A DNA stretch of 64,000 nt from Catajapyx aquilonaris (GCA_000934665.2 JYFJ02001488.1:1-64000); one strand, 5' to 3'. Shown: positions 51,601-63,312, numbered from the stretch's first letter. The notes: a model not told the origin generated them from the letters alone. Translations and numbers: made by a program.

Positions 51601-54600
51601 CCACACACTAGTGAAAATGATTAGAAAAACGCGCGCCTTCATTCAAAGGAGCCCTAATTTCATCGGCATATTCGGGCGTTGACGGCAGAGAGCATTCATT
51701 AGCAGGCAACTCCTTTTAATGAGGACCACTGATTCAATTAGGGAGGGATTGTCGGGTGGGGGGGTAGTCCCGACCAGAGACTTCGGTCATCCGGAGTGTG
51801 TATTGAAGAGGAGGGCCAACGGGCATACCCTGAAGGGACATTACGTGCTTTGGACCTGTTCTTTTATAACACTGAGGACAGCAGATGATTGAGCAACCAA
51901 GGAAATATACGAGGGGATGAGATAACATGAGGGGAGCTAAACACACATTGGCCTGGCTGACGGGTCTGGGGCTTTTCCCTTTCTAATGGCCTGCGGAGTA
52001 TGACTGGATTATTCCCGAGTGATAAATTCCATATGAGGAAGGGCGGGCTAAGAATTAATTAGGGGGAGAGGTGCAGATGAGAATCGGCAATTGGGAAGGG
52101 AAATTGCTTGGCGCCATGGGTCAGCTCGTCTACGCTCCATTTTCGCATTTTCGGGGGGCCCTAATGCTCTGGCTGTGTTTACATTGCCCTTTTGCGTAGG
52201 AAAAGAACGGTATGTACACGGTTTTGTGTGTAAACAGCACCGTAAACTGTGAAAAAAAAGACATTCATTATCGACGTTGCAACATGATCTATGTAGCACA
52301 GTCTGTAGGGTTGAAACTATAACCATGTGGTAATGAGGAACCCACTGCACTATAATTAAGTGGCATTATTCGTTATCGTTTAGAATCTTGCACGATAATG
52401 TTCATCTAATGCATTAGCGCTGTAATAGGATTAAATTTTCTTATAAATTACTGCTCCTGCTGCCTCTGGGAGTTGATATTAACTCTGTCGATTTCCACGG
52501 TATTAACTTACCTCGCTCTAATCTACCGAGCAAGGATATGCATCCTATATTTTCTGATCATTTTTTTGAAACAGCGTGTATTTGTGATACCAAGAGTGGT
52601 GATACTCATAACAGTAACTACTTAATAATGACACTGTATATACCGAATGGTGCAGAGCAAACAGGCAGTCCAATCCCCACGCAGGTGCTGCAAATCCCAG
52701 CTTATACCACCATGGCATGGCCCCTAGCCCCAATTTACATTTCGCCAATCAATAAGGTAGGCCTACTGCTAAATCCACGCAAGGAAAAAAAAGAAGACCC
52801 ACAGAACCGTCTCCGACATCTGACTTCTCTTTTTGAGTTTTTTTTCCTTATTTCTTTTCCTCATTAGCAATGCGTCGTGTGTGGCACTGCCTCACAAGAA
52901 GCACGAAAAACTCACCCATTCGAAAATCGCATTTTCTTCCAATCGACTTCCGGGCTGGGGTCTTATATAGTGTATGTCGCCAAGTCCTACTTGCTAACTT
53001 GGATGGATCGTCCCAGAAAACTTTTCCGCTTAATCTTTTTCCGCTGGCATAAAAGAAAACTCGTCGAGAAACCAGCCTCTCTCTCTCTTTCTTGCAAAAC
53101 AGAATTTTCTTTTTTTTTGCGAATATAAGCAAGTTTTAGCTGGGGCCAACAAAGTTCCAATACCGCAAATCTGCAGATCGCGATCACACCTTGCACGTAA
53201 CACTATTAAAGGCGGACTTTAAAAGGCTGGGTCCTCCGTAAATCAAAAACTAATTTGGTGGCCCTCCCTGTGCCGCTGTTAGTTTTTTTTTTACCCTAGG
53301 AAAAAAGGCAGATCCTTCCGGGAGATTCTCATATGGAGAAAATAAATTATCATCCTCTCGGGGCTATTCATCAAATCCAGTTGCTTTAAATAAAAAAAAA
53401 ACTCGAAGCCGCCATGAATACCGGTAACAGCTCTTTTGTGCGTTGAAGGCAGCAGCTATTGAGTGTAAATAAAGTTGTGGGGGTAGAAATTTTACCTTTA
53501 TCTTGGTTGGTCCGAGGATGAGAGAAAAAAAAGTTGGCGGTTTTCGCCTAGGGAAAATGGAGAGAGAGATTTACTCCTCTTCGCGGCTTGGCAATTATAA
53601 CTTAACTTGTAATTTTACTGACTTCACTCCCTGTACATGGCGGACCACTTACAGCTATTGGCAAAATCCGGACCAGGCCCACCCAATTCATAACCGGAGG
53701 ACTGATTTACGGCCTGACCACAAAAGCTTGGGTGTCTTAGCACCTTTACTGGACGGTATTGTGCCAGGTTTACTTGCTGTTTGAATTATTCACTCGGGTT
53801 TATGTGCACTGTATCTCTGACCCATTTTCTGGGGGCATGGAGAATTATTTAGTGGTAAAACATTCTCGATTTTTAATAAGCCTCCAGCTTTCATCGCACT
53901 GGTTATACCGCGAAGAATTGTGCGGACAGTTGTTTTAGGGTGTGATATTGGTTCAAGATACTGTTCATATCTTAATGAGGAGGGAAAAAAAAGGCGAATA
54001 TTGTTCGCACTCCGGGTCCTTTAACCTCCTGAGACCTGCTGTCCAATATATTGGACATCAGCAAAAAAAAGGTGTCAACTGAAATTGACGCCATTTTTTT
54101 TTTGCTGATGTCCAATATATTGGACATCAGGTGGTCTCAGGAGGTTAAACTTTACAAATGACAACAATATGACATCACCTAGAAAAATATTTGAAAACAG
54201 GAAATCTTCAAACTTCAAACCGTAGAAATAATTCCAATGTACAGGGTGAAGTCAGGATACACAGGTAATGGGATTGTATATTGTTGGTTTCCAGTTGTGC
54301 CAACTATCATAGATTGTAGACAGTCAGTAAAGTTTGAGTTGGTACTGTTGGCACTTGGAGTTGGCATAACTGAAAACCAACCGTACAATCCAATTACCTA
54401 TACGTATATCCTGACTTTCGAGTCACCCTGGTATATTTCAGGCCTACATACCCATGAAAATTTTGAAGCATCCTAAATGAATTTTAAATTCAATTTCAGC
54501 CGGTTAAACGAGATTGGTTACATTATTTAGGTATCAGCTAAATATTTCCCATTCTCCTGACACCAAAACTATATCTCAAAGCCCACAAACTAGGTGTCCT

Positions 54601-57600
54601 ATATTTGCGGTAAGGGCGCACCAAGTTGATGAACTGTATCCATTCGATTTATTGACAAACAGTTTGTTTAACAACTAGCTAAATATCTCATAGGTTTCGT
54701 GTTGGCCGCAAAATCCGTGACCATCGCCTCCCACATGATTGTGGTGCTTTGTGCCCAGGCAATAGCCAGGTTCTATCGCCATGAGTATAGTCCCTCGCAG
54801 GCACATCGTTCACGTAGGTCACCGTACACCACCATCCAGTGTACCTTTCCGCAAATAATAACAGGCACAATGCAGGATGATGTACTGCCTAACCCGGCTG
54901 GGTGTCAGCCTGCAATATTTCATTAAACACTACGATTCACTTGCATCAACGCAAATGCGCAACCCAACACCACAGTACTGTAAACACCTTTGACATAATC
55001 CCTTTTATGCTCGCTGCCACCTCCACTGAAAAGAGCCTCCACAGGGGGGGGGGCCAAAAAAAAAGTGCAATCATGCAGGCGATTTTTTTTCGCCCCCCCC
55101 CGCTCGATCCAAAATTGCTGGCAGTTAGGGCCGAAAATAATAGGCAGTGGCGGAAGTAAATTCAACTTATTACCGCAATAATGAAGCGCATGAAAGAACT
55201 GTTGGGGGGGCTCGGGTCGTGTCTGCTTCCGTGCACTATTTTCGCGATTCCAGCGATGCCAAAACCTCTACAACGTGCGAATGGCAACACCTCGCTTTTC
55301 GCTCCCAAAAAAAACCGCCGCCATTTTATATATTTTCGCTGCTCTTTTTCGTATGATGGCAGCTGCGCGTTGGCAGTTTGCGGGCATGGCCATGCAATTC
55401 TCGGCACAAAACTGCAGAGCTGCTGGCCAAGTACCGAGGCTCTCCTAAAAAAAATAGGGGAATTGACACCATATACATGCAATCACTTTCGGGTCGGTGC
55501 TCGTATTGAGAGTAATTCCAGAGCCTACCCCCCTCCCTCCCATCCAGTTACTGTAATTGAACATTTTCGCACACACATATACTGAAGGGGATGCTCCTTC
55601 CCCATTTGTGGTCTGCTTGGATTCCGATACGGTTGCATTAAAACGCGGCCCCAGGCTTCGTCCTGGGAGAGACGATCTCCTGTTATTTATTTTTCCTCCT
55701 GTTGCAAGAGCATTGTCTGGAATATCTTACTGAGGGACTCCGGAGATTTATCGGAAATTTAATTTCTACGTGGGAAACGCCACCAGGTCTGCGCAACGAG
55801 GAGGAGGGAAAAGGTTGTGTGGCTTTTTCTTTCTCGTCTGGTTACACTCGACCGAACCTCCCTTGGCTCTCCTTTTCTTCTGTTTTTTTGTTGCAAGCTG
55901 CCGAAATAAAGGCCCAAAAGGACCGAATCAAACGGTGTATTTGTTTCCAGAAAATTTTTACACGGTGTGAGCGTCGGTGCGACCTGAATTATGGAAGTTA
56001 ATTGTAAAGGAAAGGTCTTATTTTAGCGAACAGAATTATACGTCAAATCGAAAATTGTGTATGTTAATCTGCACGGGCATTAATTGGAGCCCGTATTTAT
56101 GTAAGTGTTGGGATCGGACATACGTGTAAATTAAATATACGAGAAACATATTTTTCACTCTTATTTATCGCGTGTTGTTTTTTACTGCAACTATTGGAGA
56201 AAGTCAGCGGTTACATTTTAGAGTAGGAGAGACAAAGTCAGGTACAAAAAAACAAACAATTTTTGCTGCAGGACAAAACCATTCACAAAACATCTGTATG
56301 TTTAAACTGCACTCATCGTGACTTCTCACAATAATCACTGCGAATGCAGTATTCAGCTACTATTGTCATAACCAAAGCGGCAAAGCACATCAGCACTGTA
56401 CATGTGCACGATCCATGTAAACAGGCAAATATTTTTATTCGCACCCTAACTAGAATTCCCATATTTCCAAGTAAAGACCTGCAGCTACATACAGTGCAGT
56501 ACTTTGCAGTGGAATTTTTTATTGCATTGCATGCAGCCGTTAATGCACGAGGTGGTGCATAACACTCTGTGCACATCTCCAGGAAATTAGGATGAACTGT
56601 GCACCCTAGCAATAGCAAGAATCAGGCCACTTGCTGGGCGAATTAATTTCGTCACTCTGTACATCCTCAATATGCTGTACATCACTTGCACGTTCCCTTA
56701 CTCTGATCAAGATCGTTGCAGCGAACCATCTCTCGGCTGAATGATGTTCCACAGGCACACCATGATCGGCGTTTCATAACGACTCCCAAGGCCACGTTAG
56801 TTCATACATCACATGCAGCTCTTACTTGGGCGATATATGCCCTCCCCGTGCTACACTCTGCTCTCCTAATGAAGATTAAGCTGTCGAGAAATGGACGTTG
56901 CATCGATGGATGCCCCTGTTCTCATAACGTAAAAGCAGCGGAAGAGGATTATGAAGCGCAATGCACCCTGAAACTTATAAGCTGCTCCAACAAGACGAAT
57001 CTTGTGATGAAACTTGTGCCATCAAAGCAAATCCTCTTTTACTCCTAATACGTATGTCGTGTAACCAAAGAAAACGCACTTAGGTGTATGAGACCGTAGA
57101 AATGTCGGCCATCCTGAGGCCCTGACCACGTCAAAAGATAGTTTAAACACTGCTCTTAATTTTACTTAAAGAGAGACGACTCCTTCGAAAAAAAAATCTT
57201 TTTCTTATTACAGCTCCAAGAGGAACTCTTTTGAATATTGCAGAATGCCTTGCACTAAAAATCAATAGTTTATCCCCTCTCTACCTCTCGCCGCTTCGAA
57301 AGAGACTAATAATCCGGCCTTTCCCAACTCTGATTTCCCCCCCCCCCTCTCTTCGTCCTCCTAGGAAAATGTTCTTCTGAATTTCCCGCCAAATAATTGG
57401 CGTCATGAAATGGTAATCAATGACGAGAAATGAGACGAGAGGAGGTGGTGAAGGGAGGCAAAGATTGCAAGCTTGGGTGGAAGGCAGCTCTCAGGGAGAT
57501 GGAATTGCCACATTAGAGAAAGAGAGGCCAAAGGTTAGTCACACTGTCGCATGATTGATCAGAGCTCATCAAAATTAGTGTAATTTAGACACAATTTAAT

Positions 57601-57938
57601 TAATGTCCTAGAGCAACTCCAGATCCAAGATGGCTGCTGTGGACAATTGGCTAAAAGTGTTATCTCCTTTTATTTATTTATTCTCTCCCACAGCTGAAGG
57701 CGTGTGATCCGGCGAGGCACGTTTGCAATATCCACAAGTGTAAACCGCAGTAGTGCAAAGAAAAGGCTTACCGTTCTCTCGCCCAAATTGCGCACTTTGC
57801 AGTGTAGGAAAGCGCTGCCACCGAGCTGCACCGTGAGATTGGAGACGGTGTTGTTATCGAATGATGGCTCGGCTTCACTCTTCTGGTAGTCGTCGTAGTG
57901 TGAGTACAGCTGAGGGTCCCTGCCATGGTACGGATGAT
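14850..57938 (-). CDS. dpr12: Dpr-family (defective proboscis extension response) two-Ig-domain neuronal adhesion protein, dpr12-like; 5'-incomplete; coding exons 57772-57938, 47594-47755, 23644-23778, 18648-18861, 14850-14992
   Basis: Spliced translation: ..EPSFDNNTVSNLTVQLGGSAFLHCKVRNLGERT|ISWIRRRDWHILTSG..DERF..WTLQIKYVQKRDNGTYECQ|VSTGTGILSSFVNLHVVVPEAFILGNGEYHVDKGSTISLVCIIEK|SPAPPQYVFWYHN..DSGNYTCMAANAEPASVYVFVSE|GDKMAAIQRRKTSAA..hydrophobic tail. All junctions are GT-AG with matching phases. The dpr12 call rests on remembered similarity to Drosophila Dpr12 (ISWIRRRDWHIL, VPEAFILG, AAIxRRKTS); it was not searched. Confidence 0.88.
18648..18861 (-). CDS. dpr12: dpr12-like exon: Ig2 core
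   Basis: 214 nt, phase 0/1, acceptor atttccAG, donor GTGGGA; SPAPPQYVFWYHNERMINYDTARGGIAVQTEPGPKTHSRLVIRDARYTDSGNYTCMAANAEPASVYVFVSE. Confidence 0.92.
20885..21156 (-). mobile_element. Probable degenerate Helitron/DINE-like non-autonomous element
   Basis: AATAGCAGGGGACCCGTTCTTCGCGGGCG at the left (hairpin, degenerate CTAG end), internal TGCCAAGTTTCAGCACTC, and GACATACATA..ACAAAC..TTTATATATA at the right. Same layout as the 58.3-kb element but a different family. Confidence 0.45.
23644..23778 (-). CDS. dpr12: dpr12-like exon: end of Ig1 / start of Ig2
   Basis: 135 nt, phase 0/0, acceptor ttttcgtttcAG, donor GTAACA; VSTGTGILSSFVNLHVVVPEAFILGNGEYHVDKGSTISLVCIIEK. Confidence 0.92.
31148..31240. 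repeat. Imperfect inverted repeat, probable decayed MITE
   Basis: CAGTATGCCCATGTGCTCCCATCATATTAA vs TTAATATGATGGGAGAGCACGAGCATACTG around an AT-rich spacer. Confidence 0.55.
38718..39202. repeat. Compound TACGTA-rich minisatellite
   Basis: Mosaic of ACGTATGTCGTA, AACGTA, CATGCATGTGATAAACGTATACGTATGTCGTA and three AACGTAGACTTATATATGC(A/T)GTATATGTATGTGGT units. Confidence 0.9.
42719..42914. mobile_element. MITE with ~60-bp near-perfect terminal inverted repeats
   Basis: 42719-42778 (ACGCAAAAAGAATGTCCGGGGAGAGTCTTCGTTCAGCCTTGTGGAGGCAAACCATTGCAC) is the reverse complement of 42855-42914 with one mismatch; 76-bp spacer. TSD unclear. Confidence 0.75.
44270..44488. mobile_element. Possible Tc1/mariner-type MITE remnant
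   Basis: TA|CAGGGT ... ACCCTG|TA ends with a TA duplication; the TIR match is short. Confidence 0.35.
46047..46110. repeat. (AGT)n microsatellite, ~21 units
   Basis: Read directly from the sequence. Confidence 0.95.
47594..47755 (-). CDS. dpr12: dpr12-like exon: Ig1 core
   Basis: 162 nt, phase 0/0, acceptor ttccAG, donor GTGAGT; ISWIRRRDWHILTSGKFTYTNDERFQVLHSESTEEWTLQIKYVQKRDNGTYECQ (Ig W and DxGxYxC motifs). Confidence 0.93.
48567..48623. repeat. (ATT)n microsatellite, ~19 units
   Basis: Read directly from the sequence. Confidence 0.95.
54025..54144. mobile_element. piggyBac-type palindromic MITE (120 bp) with TTAA TSD
   Basis: TTAA|CCTCCTGAGACC ... GGTCTCAGGAGG|TTAA (TTAA at 54021-54024 and 54145-54148). 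Almost the whole element is self-complementary. Confidence 0.8.
54242..54430. mobile_element. Tc1/mariner-type foldback MITE (CAGGGTG ends)
   Basis: TA|CAGGGTGA..AGTCAGGATA at the left and TATCCTGACT..TCACCCTG at the right. Internal arms GGATTGTA..GTTGGTTTCCAGTTGTGCCAACT and AGTTGGCATAACTGAAAACCAAC..TACAATCC are also complementary. Confidence 0.65.
57772..57938 (-). CDS. dpr12: dpr12-like exon: N-terminal linker and start of Ig1 (most 5' coding exon found)
   Basis: Acceptor ttttctctccAG and donor GTAAGC on the minus strand; encodes HPYHGRDPQLYSHYDDYQKSEAEPSFDNNTVSNLTVQLGGSAFLHCKVRNLGERT. Starts in phase 1, with no in-frame ATG before an upstream stop near 58046. Confidence 0.88.
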
Positions 57939-58294
57939 CTGGAGAGAAAAAGCGACAATGTGAAACCTCGAAACACTGCTGTCTGACACCACTCCCGAAG
58001 GACCCATTCGACTGTTGGTCGGATCCTATGATGATGTCGGTGACTCATATTTCGAGCACGTATCATCTTTGCGGGGGTGGTCAAGTTGGGAGAAATGAGG
58101 ACGGAATATTTAGCAGTGTGGTATGGTAGAGTGATATACTGGTATGAATTATACCCACTGGATTCATTTTAAAAATCAAAAATAAAGTGTATGTTAAAAA
58201 GGAAAAGGTGAAGTTTGTTGTTGAAGTGTGCCAGTACTTACTGATCATTAAAATATTCAGAGGCAATATTTTTAAACATGTGGCTTATAGAGTA

Positions 58295-58620
58295 CTAGCA
58301 GGTTACCCGGCGTTGCCCGGGTATGTTATGGTCATTGTTATGGTGGTAGGCCTACAATGTAATGAGGGCATTACCATGGAAATCTATGAATATTGTTAAA
58401 TAGGTAATTGATAATTGGTTAATTGGGAATATGCATGTTATGGGTGTTAGGTTCCTTTTCGGAAGCTGAAACATGCGGCATTAAATTCCTTGAAAAATGT
58501 AACTCCCGATATGCTAATTTAAGGCGGTGTAGGGGCCTTCCCCCGGATTTCTATTAGGGACAAACAAACTGACAAATTGACAAATAAACTGACAAACTTC
58601 CTTATTTATAGAGATAGAGA
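58295..58620 (-). mobile_element. Short non-autonomous Helitron-like element (Lep1/DINE-like), same family as 474-2586
   Basis: Minus strand reads TC(TCTATC..) at the 5' end, then TTTG-type microsatellite repeats, then ..CCCGGGCAACGCCGGGTAACCTGCTAG|T at the 3' end (hairpin plus CTAG). The block 58440-58550 is the diverged reverse complement of ~530-640 (e.g. TTCGGAAGCTGAAACATGC vs GCATGTTTCAGCTTCCGAA). Confidence 0.75.
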
Positions 58621-59016
58621 TACCGTTATTAGCCAGGATCAGGGTACATATTTATGTATAACATAACAGGTTTTCCCTTAGGGCATACTACGCGTATTAA
58701 GACATATTACCGGGTCTCAACATATGACAAAATACTGTGTTAATAGGATGCTGGCATTGCGGTCAGGTACTGACGACTTATACATTATTACTCAATCTAG
58801 AACGACAAGCATATCAACTTTGACAACGTTTATGAGCTCTGGCTTACACAACCACGCCATAGATCAATTCTAGTCATTATTAACTTATTGTAACTGTTTA
58901 TCAACTGCTAACATGCGATGTGTGGCAGTGTCATTAATATCATATATAGTTGATGTGCGCGAATATAAATCGGTGGGTGTAATAGTGAGTACAAAAAAAT
59001 CTGTAATTATTATAAG

Positions 59017-59127
59017 CAGGGATGGAAAAAGAACCGCTTCTTTGGGCGGTAAGCGGTTCTTTTTCTATCCCTGCACATGGAAAAAAGAAGCGCTTCTTGG
59101 AAGGAAGCGGTACTTTTTCCATCCCTG
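59017..59127. mobile_element. hAT-type MITE (111 bp) with perfect 8-bp TSD
   Basis: TIRs CAGGGATGGAAAAAGAACCGCTT / AAGCGGTACTTTTTCCATCCCTG. ATTATAAG is duplicated at 59009-59016 and 59128-59135. CAGGG ends with an 8-bp TSD are characteristic of hAT elements. Confidence 0.85.
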
Positions 59128-60043
59128 ATTATAAGACATCAATTGGAAAATATTAAATTTGATCCGAATACCACAATGTATAAACACTGTCATGATCATA
59201 GAGAACACTTTTTTTTTGGAAGAATGATAACATTGTCGTGGGTTAGTAAAGTTTCCTCTTCAGGTGATTAACTAATGATTATGAACAGGGTGTGTCTCTA
59301 TTTAGTGATTGCCAATACTGTGTAACGCCTGTTTCAAATGAGCACGCTTCACGCCTATCGAACAGCCGGGGAATATTAATATTTGCACACATAAAGGAAG
59401 TAAATAAACCAATCATGCATACGTGTAATCCTTTTTGCGTGCAAGCCAAATAATTAATCCCGATATAATTTTGTAATGTGAACACCTGCGCTTTAATCTA
59501 CATTGGATAAACGATATGGCGTATTGGGTTTAACTTTTCTATTACTCCTTGAAAAACACTCCTCTAACAAGGCAGGGGGAAAGGGAAATGCCAAAAGCTA
59601 TATTACTATTTTTTCCTGAGAAGGTGATGGGCATATTTAGTACGATAGTATTGACATGTTATCATTCATTAATTCGAACATTTCGTGTCATTTTTAGTAG
59701 ACTATAGTGTTGAAGTGGCGAATTATTAAGTTAGTGTATATCGGTTCACAAACTGCATGCGTGTCAGCACGTTTTGCTCTGTATCATTAGGAAAAATAGT
59801 GTCAGTAAGTAAGGAGTGTGTCCTCTTTCTCTCCAAGTTCACCTTTTCTCATCAATTCAGATAAGGTTGCCTTTTTTTGTAATCACTCATACTTTATGAT
59901 AGAAAAAATTATTCCTAGCCCATTGTTCTAGTTAAAACTGCCAATTTAGATAAACAATGAACTACACTATACTATATATAGACATCTTCTACTTTTGTAG
60001 CCTATGTCTCAACTGTCTCTGCGGAAAAATATTATCGTCAATC

Positions 60044-62470
60044 ATGTACAATAAGCGTGATAATTTTAAATTTCCTGGACGATACCAAATTTCACCATTG
60101 CCTTGGAGTAATAGTCAAGCCACATGCAATATGGTACACGCGTGGGAAAGAAGAGAAAGAATAGCCTGCAGAACGGAGACCAGGGGAGATAAAATTAAGT
60201 CACATAAATATTCAGACCTTATCTCAAAGTGTGCGAAGGAGTATTGTGACCACACGTCACTTCACGGCTTCAAATACATTACTTCAAAATTAAGCCTCAA
60301 AACTGAAAAGTAAGCATATACAAATACTCACTGTAGATTTTACATGTCGCACATTTTTATGACTGACTTATGTTTTCAGAATCCTCTGGGCCCTCTTGTG
60401 TGCGTGTGCTACAGCTGGTGCCGCAGTCTACCTTTATCCTTCCTTCCAAAAGTACTCAGAAATTCCTATATCCACCACTATTGTCTCTGTAGGAGAACCG
60501 ATTTGGAACATTCCCTTTCCTGGTGTCACTGTATGCAACGTGAATAAGGCGTCAAGGAAGGTGGTGTCCAGCCTATCTAAGACTTCTCCGTAAGTCATCA
60601 TGTATTGTTGTTCTCACTGATAAATAATTTTTCTATCAAAAATATTTGTTGTTAACATCCATGCTCTTTATTTTAGGTGGAGCAATTACTCTGACGCTGT
60701 AATTCGAAAACTTGTTCATTATATGACTAGAATTGGGAGGATTCAAATATCTAGTGCAAACAATATGTACATGACGTATGTGGAAAATATTATGAGTCAC
60801 ATGAAAGGAGAGACACTGACAGATCTAATGAGACACGTAAGTTAATGACATTTTTGAGAGAATTATATATTAATGATCACTCATTAATCACGCCCTTCAT
60901 GCAGGTCATGCAACCTCTTAATCGCATGGCAGTGAAGTGTTGGTGGATTAGTCGACGTGTCAATTGCTCAGATTACCTGGAATTAAAGTACACTGACGTT
61001 GGATACTGCTGGGGATTCAACTCAGTGTCAATGACGCTACGAAACACAAGGTTATTTTTTTTTTCGTGTTAATGGACATCCATTCCTTGAAGTTCAATGT
61101 CAATTAACTAAAATGAACTTTAACGGTTCTGCACTGACCAGCACAATAACTTGCGTAAGGAATTCCTATACGTTGACACGGACAAGTTTTTCTTGCAGTG
61201 AAGATGACTTCCGTCCTTTACGTGTTAATGGTGCTGGACCTAACATAGGATTAACTCTCTTGCTTAATCCGGATGTGGAAGATTATTATTCCTATTCGAA
61301 CAAAATTCACGGATTTAAGGTAATGTGTACATACATACAGTATAGCATTTTATAAAATTGTTGGTTACTCATATTCGGCACCGTCGTCGTGTCGCATATA
61401 CAGCTTCAATGTCACACATTACGGTATATAAAATTTCAATGTCACTTGTTTCCCATTCAGGTTAGAATTCATCACGCGATGGATTTTCCCAATGTAGCAG
61501 CAAAGTCGTTCATATTGGAAGCAGGCAAAGAAGTGCTTGTGGCAGTAAGTCCCACGGCCACACGAAGTACAACCAATATTAGAAGTACTCCCACGTGGAA
61601 AAGGGATTGCAGATTTGAGGACGAAGTAAATTTGCAATACTTTCCCACGTACAGTTATCAAAACTGCAGACTCGAGTGTGTCATCGCTTCAATGAGAGAC
61701 ACTTGCGGGTGTGTTCCTTACATGTACTCGATGTTGGGTGAGTACCTGATAATTTATTTGATGACTGCAATATCCTTTGACTGGTTATACTTTTGTAGAA
61801 AACCAAACGCTTTGCGGTTACGCTGGAATCAACTGCATAAACAACCACACCAGTAAGTCCTCGCTGCAGCATGTAACATTATTGTAAACTTTTTTCTCTT
61901 TCTCTCACTTTAGCCAAATTTTTCACCGTTGCCCCCAAGGAGCAAGTGAAAAATCTGATACCGTATCCGTCCATGGAAAAGTGCGACTGTCCTCAAGGCT
62001 GCAAGCAAATTAAATATCATTACGAGTTAAGCGAAGCAGCGTTCCCAAAGTTTCCTAAGGAGTTAAAATTTAAAGATAGCACAATTAACAGGCAAGCAAT
62101 ATTATGGCAACATTCTTAGGGCGCTTTCTAACTAAACTTTTATTCCACTCTTTTTAAGGTCAAATTTAGTGTTGCTACGAGTCTTTTTCAAGGACGAAAC
62201 GTACATTCAGTATCAGAGAGATGTCATATTTACCGCAAGTGACTTTATTGGTAAGACTCCAGCTATTTACCAAGTAATTTATTTTGGCGCACAATAATAC
62301 CGACTGTGTGAATTATACTTTCAGCATCATTCGGGGGAATAGTGGGTCTTTTTATAGGATTTAGTTTTGTGAGTGTAGCTGAACTTGTTTACTTCTTCAC
62401 TGTAAGGCCTGTTCTGCGTCGGAAACACACGTCCTCAGGGCCTAATGATGCTATGAATTGGTCACCCTAA
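60044..62470 (+). CDS. Pickpocket-type DEG/ENaC sodium channel subunit, ~549 aa; exons 60044-60309, 60380-60589, 60677-60836, 60905-61050, 61199-61319, 61461-61737, 61799-61852, 61914-62091, 62159-62250, 62325-62470
   Basis: Pre-TM1 HG motif (YCDHTSLHGFKYI), TM1 (ILWALLCACATAGAAVYL), FPGVTVCN, GYCWGFN, GLTLLL, GFKVRIH, Cys-rich thumb (YSYQNCRLEC..CGCVPY, C-D-C-P-Q-G-C), TM2 with GFS filter (ASFGGIVGLFIGFSFVSVAELVYFF). Exons sum to 1650 nt in frame. Start codon uncertain: an in-frame ATG at 59957 is also possible. Confidence 0.9.
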
Positions 62471-63312
62471 CCGTGGCCCTAACATACTCCAAATCAGAAA
62501 GAACGTGCTACTAAAATAATTAATTTGCCATTGAAAGTTATTTAAAATCTTTACAATCCTTTGTAGTACATCACATGCAATGTAAGTTATTTTATTCAAG
62601 TACACGAACTGAAACTTCATGAGTTATGTAATACCGAATCATAATTTTAGGCTTAGTACAATCAGACAGTGCATGGCTAGATCGTAAAATCCTGAGGGCA
62701 TTTGCGGCATTGAAGGATGTCATGACTAATGCATTATAACCAGCAACCATTTGAATCCAGCAACACGTACCAACGACACTTATGGTGAAATGTAGACACG
62801 AAATTATCATGGGGCCTGTGGTAACCAAGTACTTATTATTTGTATATACTCGCTACGTAGGTAGCAAATGGTCGTAGGATGTTGTGTCCTTGATCAATCT
62901 CATGAGACATTCAGTACAGGTATTGTTTCTCTCGTGATGTGTACTGTACATCTTGAGATAAGGGTTCTGACTATACCACCGATCCACATGCATTATGCAG
63001 TAATGTGTCAGACCGATAAAGGAAAGCCACGTGTTCCCTGCAGAAATATGCTGAGAACATCTGTGCGATATGTGATCGTGTAATGGAGGTTTTGATAATT
63101 GGACCAAATTGTGTTACACGGTGTTTATTTGACAGAAATTAGGCAGTGAAGTTCGGTAATAGAGGCTGACTGGCCAGATTTCGGAAAACGGTTTGGCTAA
63201 ACGATGAGACTGCAGATGGATCTCATTTGTGAACAGTCACTACGTGCTATCATCTCTGTCATCAAGTGTCAGTCATACATGTCATAAGTAATTAGAGTGT
63301 GCAGCTCCAAAA

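Noticed and set aside
52512..52522. Possible dpr12 microexon between the two Ig1 exons (strong GAG|GTAAGT donor on the minus strand)
   Set aside because: The acceptor with the better pyrimidine context gives 11 nt (frameshift), and the 6-nt alternative lacks a pyrimidine tract. It cannot be supported without RNA-seq.
58236..58290. Candidate first dpr12 exon ending at a GTAAGT donor near 58241 (minus strand)
   Set aside because: In the required phase it supplies only Met-Ile and no signal peptide, and it abuts a Helitron end.
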